NCBI GenBank assembly: GCA_964016885.1
Contig: OZ024740.1
Coordinates: 293,446,001 to 293,510,000 of the forward strand
DNA length: 64,000 nucleotides
Direction: 5' to 3'
Origin: Eledone cirrhosa
Lineage: Eukaryota
Shown here: positions 39,035-52,401 of the stretch, piece after piece
Layout: every line of letters starts with the position of its first letter
Numbering within the stretch: position 1 is the first letter of the stretch
The notes under the pieces: generated by a model
Told to the model about the DNA's origin: nothing
Seen by the model: the letters and a program-made list of their open reading frames with translations, nothing else
Databases searched by the model: none
Program-made: the position numbers and the translations under genes

Positions 39035-40267
39035 AAGAACCTTACATTAAGTTACTATCTTAATGATGAAATGATTAATAATTTTTTGTATATCCCTAAA
39101 AATTCTTCATTAATTAATTGAAATAGAGGGCGGTGGATTGGCAGTATCGGTAGAGGGTTGGACGCCATGCTTTCCAGCATAGTTACGTCCCTTTACGATC
39201 TGAGCTCAAATCCCGCCGAGGTTGACTTTGCCTTTCATCCTTACGGGGTCGATAAAATAAAGTACCAGTAATGCACTGGGTTATTGCTGGCCTTGTGCCT
39301 AAAGTAGAAACAATTAATTAATTGAAATAGAGTGTATTTCATAAGAAATACTGCCATGAAAGGGTTAATAAACAATGTTACAATCACAATAGTATCACTG
39401 CACACAATAACATGGTGTTCAGCAATCCATTAAAAATGAATGACAATTGTTACAGTGCTGGCTATTATGACTGTGTTTAGTATTTGTTAGGCATGGCTAT
39501 GTGGTTAAAATGTTTTATTCACAATCATGTGGTGGAAAGAAACTCTCAGGAGAGCTGGATAGCAGAAGGTCTTCAGAGAAGAAACTCACCCTCAAGCGAG
39601 TGTTTTGGCCCTTGAATTTTACTGCAAAGCCCATTTAATTTTGTTCATCCTTACTGCAAAGCCCATTTAAAGCCTTCTAGTTAACCAATGGTTTGTAAGT
39701 GGTGTTTGGTAAACATACATTGTATTACAACCAAAGGCTCTTCGACCATGACCACTTCATCTGTTTGAGATAATAAAACCAAGAGCACCATAGGTAAAAC
39801 AGATCAAATGATCTCTCTGTAATGAACGTTGAACATATACTTCCAGTATCAACATCAGAGTTGCTCACACTAAATCTAGAAAATGTAACTTTTAAATTAT
39901 AGCAAGTAAAAAACGCTATATCTGTTTGTGGTGGAGTTGATAACGTTAGAACTCAATGTGGCCTTGAAAAGATGGTTTCAGCAAGATAGTAAGTTCAGTA
40001 GTTTTTGTGAGAGGTGCTCATTGTATAAGGTTTCCTCAAAGAATCTGCTCAAGTTACAGAGTCATTTATATATGTGTATGTGTAGTGAATAAAAGTCAGC
40101 ATTGTTTTACAATCATTTCAGACACACACACACACGCACGCACGCACGCACGCACGCACGCACACACACACAAACCCTCTGAAACGATCATAAAATAAGG
40201 AACTAATTAACTACTTAACTCTGACTTTTGTTTTGTTTTCATTATTCTACACACACACACACACACA

Positions 40268-40306
<39 letters not shown>

Positions 40307-40317
40307 TTATATATATG

Positions 40318-40366
<49 letters not shown>

Positions 40367-40809
40367 GTATATATATACGTATATATATATGCCATCTAAA
40401 CCCATACTAGCATGGAAGATAGATGTTAAATGATGATGATGATGATGTGATGATGATGATATGTGTAAATAATAATGATGATGATGATGATGATGATATA
40501 TATATATATATAAGTTTAATATAGAAATCATTTCTACAGGTCTAGAACTGTTTCATTCAAAATAAATAATCAGGAAAGCCAGCAGTCCTTGTAATGAAAC
40601 AATTCTAGTCCCGTAAAACCCATCTCTATATTAAACTTGATGTTTACACTCTACATATGTATTGAGTACCTCACTAACTATGGTTACTCCTGACTGAACC
40701 CAGAACTTATATATATATCACCATCATGATCATCATTGTTTTATGTGCATTTTTTCATGCTAACATGGGTTAAACGAGTTGTTTCTCCAGCAACAACTGT
40801 AAAAAGCAC

Positions 40810-41750
40810 AAAAAATGTAGTAAAGACATATTTGGTGGTGTGTAGTAAGATAGTGAAAACATTTTGTGTTAAATGTAGTGAGATAGTGAAAACATATTGT
40901 ATGAAGTGTAGTGAGATAGTGAAGACATATTGTGTGATGTGTAGTGAGATAGTGGTGAAATGCTGTGTGGTGTGTCATGAGGTAGTGAGTAGATGTTGAA
41001 TGGTATGTAGTGAGATAGTGAAGACATGTGTGGTGGGTACTGAGTGTGGTATGTGGTGAAGTAGTGAATAGATGTTGTGTAGAGTGTAGTAACATAGTGA
41101 AGCAATATTTGTGTGGTGTGTTGTGAAGAAGTAAAGAGATATTGTGAGGTGTGTTGTGAGATAATGAAGATGTGTTGTGTAGTGAAAAGATGTGTGGTTT
41201 GTTGTGAGGTACTGGATAGATGTTGGTATGGCGTGTAGTGAGATTGTTAAATGATGAATGTTATATAGTGAGTAGTGGGGTGATGTAGACATGTCATACA
41301 GTGTGTGGTGTGTAGTGAAGACATGTTGTGTGGCATGTAGTGAGATAGTGGAGACATGTTGTGTAGTGAGGTAGTGAGGAAGGGAAGATGTGTGGTATGT
41401 AATGAGATAGTGAAAACATGTGAGATGCGTTGTGAGTTAGTGAAGTCATGTAGTTTGGTGTGTAGTGAAGACATGTCATGTGATATGTAGTAAGGCAGTG
41501 GAAACATGTGAGATGTGTTGTGAGTTAGTGAAGACATGTAGTTTGGTGTGTAGTGAAGACATGTCATGCGATGTGTAGTGAGGCAGTGAAGACATGTTGT
41601 GTGGTATGAAGTGAAGACATGTCATGTGGTGTGTAGTGGAAACATGTGAGATTGTTGTGAGTTAGTGAAGGTATGTTGTGAAGAAATGTCATAAGGTATG
41701 TAGTGAGGTAGTGGAAACATGTGACATGTGTTGTGAGTTAGTAAATGTAT
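40810..41750 (+). repeat. Degenerate GT-rich minisatellite (tgtagtgagatagtgaagacatgt-like units)
   Basis: Irregular recurrence of tagtgaagacatg and gtgtagtgag motifs. Confidence 0.8.
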
Positions 41751-42698
41751 GGCATGCAGGGTTTGTTTTTGAAAATGTTATGGTAGTTAAGTCAATGTGT
41801 TGCATCTGAGGACCTGTTGCTTGTGTTTCATGTCTAATATATATTTGATGTCTAATATATTTTTGATGTCTAATATATTGTCGGGACACTGCATTCTTCT
41901 AAACTTCCATGCTTCCCGAAATTCACCAATACTACACTTGATATTCCCTCTCCCTACACACGCACGTATGTATCTGTGTCTATATCATGACTCATACATT
42001 GTTCACTTTCCTGACATTTGTACATTATTCTATATACTATGCATGGACCTTTGATGAGTTATAGTGCACCTGAGCACTGAACACAATAATTTTCATATTG
42101 GTAGAGGGTTGGACGCCATGCTTTCTAGCATAGTTACATCCCTTTACGGTCTGAGTTCAAATTCTTTCGAGGTTAACTTTGCCTTTCATCCTTACAGGGT
42201 CGATAAAATAAAGTACCAGTAATGTACTGGGTAATTGCTGGCCTTGTGCCAAAAGTAGAAACGATTATTATTTTTCATAAACAACTGATATTTATATTGC
42301 TAGTACTGTGGTTACTGTTGTTGTTGTTTTTGTTTAACCAGTATCAGTTGGCTGCTATTTCTAGCAGGTAGAAGGTGATTCATTGCTGGCATTACTTTAG
42401 GTAACATTGCTGTGATGATAGCTGGCTAAATAAATATTGGTGTCAGCGATGATTGCATTGTTATTAAAAATGATGAATGATGGTGGTGGTGAAGGTGCTG
42501 GTCATTATGGTGGTCATTGTGGTCATTGTTGTCAATGTGTTGGTAATGCTTGTGGTGGTGGTGGTGGTGGTGGTGAGGGTGAGGGTGGCATTGATGATGT
42601 TATAATGATAATGTAGATGAAGATTACAATGTTGATGATGATGATGATGATAATCATAACACTGATAATGATGCAGGAGTTCAGTTAGCAACAGCTGC

Positions 42699-42764
<66 letters not shown>

Positions 42765-42932
42765 CAGCAGCAGCAGCAGCAGCAGCAGCATCACTAGCAA
42801 CAGAAGCAGCAAGACCAGCAGCAGAAGTAGCAACATTAACTAACCACATTTTGTAAATAGATTTGTTTGTATATTAACTTATATTTTCTCTTTCAGCTAA
42901 GTGAGACAGTCTCAATGGATGTTTGAAATAAA

Positions 42933-43039
42933 ATGGAGAAAACTCAGGAACTATTCTGGATCTCTGTATTTCTGACTACCACTGGTGGCACAGTGTCAAT
43001 ATACTTTCTGCTTTTCAATCTTGTTTATAGAAAACACAG
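42933..43039 (+). CDS. GPR156: GPR156-like class C GPCR, coding exon 1 (TM1); exon begins at 42897 with a short 5' UTR
   Basis: Acceptor ttttctctttcag|42897; ATG at 42933 with in-frame TGA at 42924; MEKTQELFWISVFLTTTGGTVSIYFLLFNLVYRKHR; donor AG|gttaat, phase 2. FN..YRK.R is typical of the end of TM1 in the GABA-B family. Confidence 0.85.
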
Positions 43040-43581
43040 GTTAATTTATTTTTTCTTCATTCTTTTAACCCTTTAGTATTTAAACTGGCTGTATCCGCCT
43101 AGAATTCTCTTACCTCTTTCTTTTCAAACTGGCTATAACTGGCCACTCATACTGATGTTAAGATATGGTTTTCAAAATAAATCATATCAAAATCTCATAG
43201 ATTCGATATTATGTGAGATAATTATGTGAGGTAAAGCCATGAAAATACAATAGTAAATATAGAGTAATGTAAATGCTAAAGGGTTTTAGTAGTTTCAGTT
43301 ATTTGTCTTCTTTTATATGACAGAGTCAGAAGAAATATGATAGCTACCATGACTCTTTTCAAGGATGGTGCTCTAAAGATTGAAATGAAGATGGTGGGAG
43401 ATTATTCTCAGACCAGAGAACTTACAACAAAGTGAGCTCCTTTAGAGCAGTGATAGAAGTAAGAGATATGCAAGAGGGCAGTGATCCCTTTCTTTCCAGT
43501 TTTCAAGGGATCTACTCCCTCCTTCTCAACCTCAGCCTCATTGATTTTAGCATATCATAAGTTCCTTTTTCATAACTGCTC

Positions 43582-43820
43582 TAACCCTTTAGTTACAAAC
43601 TCAGCCAAAACTGGCTCTTGTTCTATGAAATAAAACCATCCATTTTAAAGGTTTCCAATTTAAATCAAAATCTTTCAACATAATTTTATATAAGAACCTT
43701 ACATTAATTTACTATCTTAGTAATAAAATAATTACTAATTTAAGTAAATCCCTCAAAATTCTTCACTAATTAATTGAAATAGTGTGTATTTCATTAGAAA
43801 TGTGGTCATGAAAGGGCTAA
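43582..43820. mobile_element. piggyBac-like MITE family 2 (split copy at 35097-35210 plus 39035-39368; truncated copy 44040-44218)
   Basis: taacccttt...aaaggg(c/t)taa ends and shared internal ttctatgaaataaaacc...aagaaccttacattaa. Confidence 0.75.
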
Positions 43821-44560
43821 AGGCATCAAAGGGTCAGGTGGTTGTGTCAAACTAGGCAATAAATGAAGTCTACTACACAAGAAAATGTAGGGATACCATT
43901 TTCAAGGAAAGGAGTGTCTATTATACCTACCCCAATGCTTATATCAATCTGGTAATTTATTTCATGAATCTTTATTTATGAAATAGATGTTTTATCTTTT
44001 TTTACATAAAGTCATTCAAGTTGCCACACTATCATTTAAACAAATGTCACCAACCCAGCCAAAACCAGCCCTGGTTCTATGAAATAAAACCATCCATTTT
44101 AAAGGTTTCCAATTTAAATTGAAATCTTCCAACTTAATTTTATATAAGAACCTTACATTAAGTTACTATGTTACTGATGAAACTATTAATAATTTTAATA
44201 AATCCCTTAAAATTCTTCTTTGTTCTTTGCCTACTTATTCCTGAGGGAGCAGAGTCCTCAAACACTCCTTCCAGCAGGTCCTGTCAGTAGCAACTGTCTC
44301 CAACTGATCCAGCTGGATCCCCAAGCAAGACCGGCCAAGCTCATGGATGTTATCCAACCATCTTGCTCAGGGTCTACCCCTGGGTCTCTTGCCAGTTTGT
44401 TTTGCCCATAAAAATCTATCCAGTGATTCTTTCCTAATTCATTCTAACCACATACCCATAGTATTGGAGCTGTGATCTCCACGTGGGGAATACCTAAATG
44501 TATTCGTGATTTAATTATAATAACAGCAGTTCCAGCAGGTAGCAGAACAAGCAGAATACA

Positions 44561-44604
44561 CAATCTTGACAAGGAGTAAGACACTCTGAAATAATTGTCA
44601 ATTG
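44561..44604 (+). ncRNA. Decayed hammerhead motif in a pLTR-like remnant in intron 1
   Basis: CAATC-TTGACAA-GGAGT aagac ACTCT-GAAA-TAATTG-TC-AATTG; downstream aaacaaaccgaatatt is shared with the 26858 element. Confidence 0.5.
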
Positions 44605-45049
44605 ACGATGGTTTTTCCTCAGCTACCGCTGGAACAAAAGAATTACATCATCAACCATGTGGTATTTTATGAAGCTGTTTACTTGTAAACAAACCGAATA
44701 TTAATAATTTTATGATATAATAATATTATTATTATTAAGGGCAGTGGATTGGCAGTATCGGTAGAGGGTCGGATGCCATGCTTTACAGCATAGTTACGTC
44801 CTTTTACGGTCTGATTTCAGATCCCGCCAAGGTTAACTTTGCCTTTCATCCTTACGGTATTGATAAAATAAAGTACCAGTAATACACTGAGATAATTGCT
44901 GGCCTTGTGACAGAAGTAGAAACAATTATTATTATTCACTCATGAATACATTTAGATATCCACCATGTTAAGAGAGAATAAAACATTTTTGGTCTGTTTC
45001 TTTGTTTTCTTTCATTTTTAATGATGGCAGCCATATTTTACCTATTTAG

Positions 45050-45185
45050 ATTAATCAAAATGTCAAGCCCTCATCTAAATGCAGTGACCTGTATTGGAAG
45101 TATGTTATCAAATATCTGCTGCCTCACTTATGGTCTTCAGGTGTTTATTCAGCATCATAACTCTGCTGCAACATTACTATGCCAG
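45050..45185 (+). CDS. GPR156: GPR156-like GPCR, coding exon 2 (ICL1-TM2)
   Basis: Acceptor cctatttag|A completes the split Arg codon; LIKMSSPHLNAVTCIGSMLSNICCLTYGLQVFIQHHNSAATLLCQ contains the GABA-B-family IKMSSPxLN signature; donor CAG|gtaagc, phase 0. Confidence 0.92.
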
Positions 45186-45194
45186 GTAAGCTAT

Positions 45195-46346
45195 TGTTGT
45201 TGTGAAGCCTGTTATTGTGAAGCCTGTTGTTGTGAAGCCTGTTATTGTGAAGCCTGTTGTTGTGAAGCCTGTTGTTGTGAAGCCTGTTGTCGTGAAGCCT
45301 GTTGTTGTGAAGGAGGTTGTTGTGAAGCCTGTTGTTGTGAAGACTGTTATTGTGAAGACTGTTATTGTGAAGCCTGTTGTTGTGAAGCCTGTTGTTGTGA
45401 AGCCTGTTATTGTGAAGCCTGTTGTTGTGAAGCCTGTTGTTGTGAAGCCTGTTGTCGTGAAGCCTGTTATTGTGAAGCCTGTTGTTGTGAAGCCTGTTGT
45501 CGTGAAGACTGTTGTTGTGAAGCCTGTTGTCGTAAAGATTGTTGTTGTGAAGCTTGTTGTTATGAAGCCTGTTGTCGTGAAGCCTGTTGTTGTGAAGGAG
45601 GTTGTTGTGAAGCCTGGTGTTGTGAAGACTGTTATTGTGAAGACTGTTATTGTGAAGACTTTTGTTGTGAAGCCTGTTGTTGTGAAGCCTGTTGTCGTGA
45701 AGCCTGTTGTCGTGAAGACTGTTGTTGTGAAGCCTGCTGTTGTGAAGCCTGTTGTTGTGAAGCTTGTTGTTATGAAGCCTGTTGTCGTGAAGACTGTTGT
45801 TGTGAAGACTGTTGTTGTGAAGACTGATGTTGTAAGGCCTGTTGTCGTGAAGCCTGTTGTTGTGAAACCTGTTGTTGTGAAGACTGTTATTGTGAAGACT
45901 GATGTTGTGAAACCTGTTATTGTGAAGCCTGTTGTTCTGAAGCCTGTTGTCGTGAAGCCTGTTGTTGTGAAGCCTGTTGTTGTGAAGCCTGTTATTGTGA
46001 AGCCTGTTGTTGTGAAGCCTGTTGTTGTGAAGACTGATGTTGTGAAGACTGTTGTTGTGAAGACTGTTGTTGTGAAGAGTGATGTTGTGAAGCCTGTTGT
46101 CGTGAAGCCTGTTGTTGTGAAGACTGTTGTTGTGAAGCCTGTTGTTGTGAAGTCTGTTGTTGTGAAGCCTGTTGTTGTGAAGCCTGTTATTGTGAAGCCT
46201 GTTGTTGTGAAGCCTGTTGTTGTGAAGCCTGTTATTGTGAAGCCTGTTGTTGTGAAGCCTGTTGTTGTGAAGCCTGTTATTGTGAAGCCTGTTGTTGTGA
46301 AGACTGTTGTTGTGAAGCGTGTTGTCGTGAAGCCTGTTATTGTGAA
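45195..46346 (+). repeat. 15-bp minisatellite (TGTTGTTGTGAAGCC), about 77 units
   Basis: Exact 15-bp period over 1152 bp. Confidence 0.97.
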
Positions 46347-49300
46347 TCTCGTTGTCTATTTCGCTTCTCTCTTTCTCTCTCATTGTCTATTTCACTTCTC
46401 TCTTTCTCTCTCATTGTCTATTTCACTTCTCTCTGTCTCTCTCGTTGTCTATTTCACTTCTCTCTGTCTCTCTCGTTGTCTATTTCACTTCTCTCTGTCT
46501 CTCTTGTTGTCTATTTCACTTCTCTCTGTCTCTCTCGTCTATTTCACTTCTCTCTGTCTCTCTCGTTGTCTATTTCACTTCTCTCTCTCTCTCTCGTTGT
46601 CTATTTCACTTCTCTCTTTTTCTCTCGTTGTCTATTTCACTTCTCTCTGTCTCTCTCATTGTCTATTTCACTTCTCTCTGTCTCTCTCGTTGTCTATTTC
46701 ACTTCTCTCTGTCTCTCTTGTTGTCTATTTCACTTCTCTCATTCTCTCTTGTTGTCTATTTCACTTCTCTTATTCTCTCTCGTTGTCTATTTCACTTCTC
46801 TCTGTCTCTCTCGTCTATTTCTCTTCTCTCTTTCTCTCTCGTTGTCTATTTCTCTCTCGTTGTCTATTTCTCTTCTCTCTGTCTCTCTCGTTGTCTATTT
46901 CACTTCTCTCTGTCTCTCTTGTTGTCTATTTCACTTCTCTCTTTTTCTCTCGTTGTCTATTTCACTTCTCTCTTTCTCTCTCGTTGTCTATTTCACTTCT
47001 CTCTTTCTCTCTCGTTGTCTATTTCACTTCTCTCTTTTTCTCTCGTTGTCTATTTCACTTCTCTCTGTCTCTCTCGTTGTCTATTTCACTTCTCTCGGTC
47101 TCTCTCGTTGTCTATTTCACTTCTCTCTTTCTCTCTCGTTGTCTATTTCACTTCTCTCTTTCTCTCTCGTTGTCTATTTCACTTCTCTCTTTCTCTCTCG
47201 TTGTCTATTTCACTTCTCTCTTTCTCTCTCGTTGTCTAATTCACTTCTCTCCTTCTCTCTCGTTGTCTATTTCACTTCTCTCCTTCTCTCTCATTGTCTA
47301 TTTCACTTCTCTCTGTCTCTCTCGTTGTCTATTTCACTTCTCTCTTTTTCTTTCGTTGTCTATTTCACTTCTCTCTTTCTCTCTCGTTGTCTATTTCACT
47401 TCTCTCTTTCTCTCTCGTTGTCTATTTCACTTCTCTCTGTCTCTCTCATTGTCTATTTCACTTCTCTCTTTCTCTCTCGTTGTCTATTTCACTTCTCTCT
47501 TTCTCTCTCGTTGTTTATTTCACTTCTCTCTGTCTCTCTCGTTGTCTATTTCACTTCACTCATTCTCTCTCGTTGTCTATTTCACTTCTCTCTGTCTCTC
47601 TCGTTGTCTATTTCACTTCTCTCATTCTCTCTCGTTGTCTATTTCACTTCCCTCTTTCTCTCTCGTTGTCTATTTCACTTCTGTCTGTCTGTCTCGTTGT
47701 TTATTTCACTTCTCTCATTCTCTCTCGTTGTCTATTTCACTTCTCTCTGTCTCTCTCGTTGTCTATTTCACTTCTCTCTGTCTCTCTCGTTGTCTATTTC
47801 ACTTCTCTCTTTCTCTCTCGTTGTCTATTTCACTTCTCTCTATCTCTCTCGTTGTCTATTTCACTTCTCTCTATCTCTCTCGTTGTCTATTTCACTTCTC
47901 TCTTTCTCTCTCGTTGTCTATTTCACTTCTTTCTGTCTCTCTTGTTGTCTATTTCACTTCTCTCTTTCTCTCTCGTTGTCTATTTCACTTCTCTCTGTCT
48001 CTCTCGTTGTCTATTTCACTTCTCTCTTTCTCTCTCGTTGTCTATTTCACTTCTCTCTTTCTCTCTCGTTGTCTATTTCACTTCTCTCTGTCTCTCTCGT
48101 TGTCTATTTCACTTCTCTCTTTCTCTCTCGTTGTCTATTTCACTTCGGTCTGTCTCTCTCGTTGTTTATTTCACTTCTCTCATTCTCTCTCGTTGTCTAT
48201 TTCACTTCTCTCTTTCTCTCTCGTTGTCTATTTCACTTCTCTCTTTCTCTCTCGTTGTCTAGTTCACTTCTCTCTGTCTCTCTCGTTCTCTATTTCACTT
48301 CGGTCTGTCTCTCTCGTTGTCTATTTCACTTCTCTTTTTCTCTCTCGTTGTCTATTTCACTTCTCTCTTTCTCTCTCGTTGTCTATTTCACTTCTCTCTT
48401 TCTCTCTCGTTGTCTATTTCACTTCTCTCTTTCTCTCTCGTTGTCTAATTCACTTCTCTCCTTCTCTCTCGTTGTCTATTTCACTTCTCTCCTTCTCTCT
48501 CATTGTCTATTTCACTTCTCTCTGTCTCTCTCGTTGTCTATTTCACTTCTCTCTTTTTCTTTCGTTGTCTATTTCACTTCTCTCTTTCTCTCTCGTTGTC
48601 TATTTCACTTCTCTCTTTCTCTCTCGTTGTCTATTTCACTTCTCTCTGTCTCTCTCATTGTCTATTTCACTTCTCTCTTTCTCTCTCGTTGTCTATTTCA
48701 CTTCTCTCTTTCTCTCTCGTTGTTTATTTCACTTCTCTCTGTCTCTCTCGTTGTCTATTTCACTTCACTCATTCTCTCTCGTTGTCTATTTCACTTCTCT
48801 CTGTCTCTCTCGTTGTCTATTTCACTTCTCTCATTCTCTCTCGTTGTCTATTTCACTTCCCTCTTTCTCTCTCGTTGTCTATTTCACTTCTGTCTGTCTG
48901 TCTCGTTGTTTATTTCACTTCTCTCATTCTCTCTCGTTGTCTATTTCACTTCTCTCTGTCTCTCTCGTTGTCTATTTCACTTCTCTCTGTCTCTCTCGTT
49001 GTCTATTTCACTTCTCTCTTTCTCTCTCGTTGTCTATTTCACTTCTCTCATTCTCTCTCGTTGTCTATTTCACTTCTCTCTGTCTCTCTCGTTGTCTATT
49101 TCACTTCTCTCTGTCTCTCTCGTTGTCTATTTCACTTCTCTCTATCTCTCTCGTTGTCTATTTCACTTCTCTCTATCTCTCTCGTTGTCTATTTCACTTC
49201 TCTCTTTCTCTCTCGTTGTCTATTTCACTTCTTTCTGTCTCTCTTGTTGTCTATTTCACTTCTCTCTTTCTCTCTCGTTGTCTATTTCACTTCTCTCTGT

Positions 49301-52300
49301 CTCTCTCGTTGTCTATTTCACTTCTCTCTTTCTCTCTCGTTGTCTATTTCACTTCTCTCTTTCTCTCTCGTTGTCTATTTCACTTCTCTCTGTCTCTCTC
49401 GTTGTCTATTTCACTTCTCTCTTTCTCTCTCGTTGTCTATTTCACTTCGGTCTGTCTCTCTCGTTGTTTATTTCACTTCTCTCATTCTCTCTCGTTGTCT
49501 ATTTCACTTCTCTCTTTCTCTCTCGTTGTCTATTTCACTTCTCTCTTTCTCTCTCGTTGTCTAGTTCACTTCTCTCTGTCTCTCTCGTTCTCTATTTCAC
49601 TTCGGTCTGTCTCTCTCGTTGTCTATTTCACTTCTCTTTTTCTCTCTCGTTGTCTAGTTCACTTCTCTCTTTCTCTCTCGTTGTCTATTTCACTTCTCTC
49701 TTTTTCTCTCGTTGTCTATTTCACTTCTCTTTTTCTCTCTCGTTGTCTATTTCACTTCTCTCTTTCTCTCTCGTTGTCTATTTCACTTCTCTCATTCTCT
49801 CTCGTTGTCTATTTCACTTCTCTCTGTCTCTCTCGTTGTCTATTTCACTTCTCTCTGTCTCTCTCGTTGTCTATTTCACTTCTCTCTCTCTCTCGTTGTC
49901 TATTTCACTTCTCTCTTTCTCTCTCGTTGTCTATTTCACTTCTCTCTTTCTCTCTCGTTGTCTATTTCACTTCTTTCTGTCTCTCTCGTTGTCTATTTCA
50001 CTTCTCTCTTTCTCTCTCGTTGTCTATTTCACTTCTCTCTGTCTCTCTCATTGTCTATTTCACTTCTCTCTTTCTCTCTCGTTGTCTATTTCACTTCTCT
50101 CTTTCTCTCTCGTTGTCTATTTCACTTCTCTCTGTCTCTCTCGTTGTCTATTTCACTTCTCTCTTTCTCTCTCGTTGTCTATTTCACTTCTCTCTGTCTC
50201 TCTCGTTGTCTATTTCACTTTTCTCTTTCTCTCTCGTTGTCTATTTCACTTCGGTCTGTCTCTCTCGTTGTTTATTTCACTTCTCTCATTCTCTCTCGTT
50301 GTCAATTTCACTTCTCTCTTTCTCTCTCGTTGTCTATTTCACTTCTCTCATTCTCTCTCGTTGTCTATTTCACTTCTCTCTTTCTCTCTCGTTGTCTATT
50401 TCACTTCTCTCTGTCTCTCTCGTTGTCTATTTCACTTCTCTCTTTCTCTCTCGTTGTCTATTTCACTTCTCTCTGTCTCTCTCGTTGTCTAGTTCACTTC
50501 TCTCTTTCTCTCTCGTTGTCTATTTCACTTCTCTCTGTCTCTCTCGTTGTCTATTTCACTTCTCTCTGTCTCTCTCGTTGTCTATTTCACTTCTCTCTTT
50601 CTCTCTCGTTGTCTATTTCACTTCTCATTCTCTCTCGTTGTCTATTTCACTTCTCTCTGTCTCTCTCGTTGTCTATTTCACTTCTCTCTGTCTCTCTCGT
50701 TGTCTATTTCACTTCTCTCTTTCTCTCTCGTTGTCTATTTCACTTCTCTCTTTCTCTCTCGTTGTCTATTTCACTTCTCTCTGTCTCTCTCGTTGTCTAT
50801 TTCACTTCTCTCTTTCTCTCTCGTTGTCTATTTCACTTCTCTCTGTCTCTCTCGTTGTCTATTTCACTTTTCTCTTTCTCTCTCGTTGTCTATTTCACTT
50901 CTCTCATTCTCTCTCGTTGTCTATTTCACTTCTCTCTTTTTCTCTCGTTGTCTATTTCACTTCTCTCTTTCTCTCTCATTGTCTATTTCACTTCTCTCTG
51001 TCTCTCTCGTTGTCTATTTCACTTCTCTCTGTCTCCCTCGTTGTCTATTTCACTTCTCTCTTTCTCTCTCGTTGTCTATTTCACTTCTCTCTGTCTCTCT
51101 CGTTGTCTATTTCACTTCTCTCTGTCTCTCTCGTTGTCTATTTCACTTCTCTCTTTCTCTCTCGTTTTCTATTTCACTTCTCTCTTTCTCTCTCGTTGTC
51201 TATTTCACTTCTCTCTGTCTCTCTCGTTGTCTATTTCACTTCTCTCTTTCTCTCTCGTTGTCTATTTCACTTCTCTCTTTCTCTCTCGTTGTCTATTTCA
51301 CTTCTCTCTTTCTCTCTCGTTTTCTATTTCACTTCTCTCTTTCTCTCTCGTTGTCTATTTCACTTCTCTCTGTCTCTCTCATTGTCTATTTCACTTCTCT
51401 CTTTCTCTCTCGTTGTCTATTTCACTTCTCTCTGTCTCTCTCGTTGTCTATTTCACTTCTCTCTGTCTCTCTCGTTGTCTATTTCACTTCTCTCTTTCTC
51501 TCTCGTTTTCTATTTCACTTCTCTCTTTCTCTCTCGTTGTCTATTTCACTTCTCTCTGTCTCTCTCGTTGTCTATTTCACTTCTCTCTTTCTCTCTCGTT
51601 GTCTATTTCACTTCTCTCTTTCTCTCTCGTTGTCTATTTCACTTCTCTCTGTCTCTCTCGTTGTCTATTTCACTTCTCTCTTTCTCTCTCGTTGTCTATT
51701 TCACTTCTCTCTGTCTCTCTCGTTGTCTATTTCACTTCTCTCTGTCTCTCTCGTTGTCTATTTCACTTCTCTCTGTCTCTCTCGTTGTCTATTTCACTTC
51801 TCTCTGCCTCTCTCGTTGTCTATTTCACTTCTCTCTGTCTCTCTCGTTGTCTATTTCACTTCTCTCTGTCTCTCTCGTTGTCTATTTCACTTCTCTCATT
51901 CTCTCTCGTTGTCTATTTCACTTCTCTCTGTCTCTCTCGTTGTCTATTTCACTTCTCTCTTTCTCTCTCGTTGTCTATTTCACTTCTCTCTGTCTCTCTC
52001 GTTGTCTATTTCACTTCTCTCTGTCTCTCTCGTTGTCTATTTCACTTCTCTCTCTCTCTCGTTGTCTATTTCACTTCTCTCTTTCTCTCTCGTTGTCTAG
52101 TTCACTTCTCTCTGTCTCTCTCGTTCTCTATTTCACTTCGGTCTGTCTCTCTCGTTGTCTATTTCACTTCTCTTTTTCTCTCTCGTTGTCTAGTTCACTT
52201 CTCTCTTTCTCTCTCGTTGTCTATTTCACTTCTCTCTTTTTCTCTCGTTGTCTATTTCACTTCTCTTTTTCTCTCTCGTTGTCTATTTCACTTCTCTCTT

Positions 52301-52401
52301 TCTCTCTCGTTGTCTATTTCACTTCTCTCTGTCTCTCTCGTTGTCTATTTCACTTCTCTCTTTTTCTCTCGTTGTCTATTTCACTTGTCTCTTTCTCTCT
52401 T
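46347..52401 (+). repeat. 31-bp pyrimidine-rich satellite (CTCTCGTTGTCTATTTCACTTCTCTCTGTCT), about 195 units
   Basis: 31-bp period over about 6.05 kb with recurrent variant units. Confidence 0.98.
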
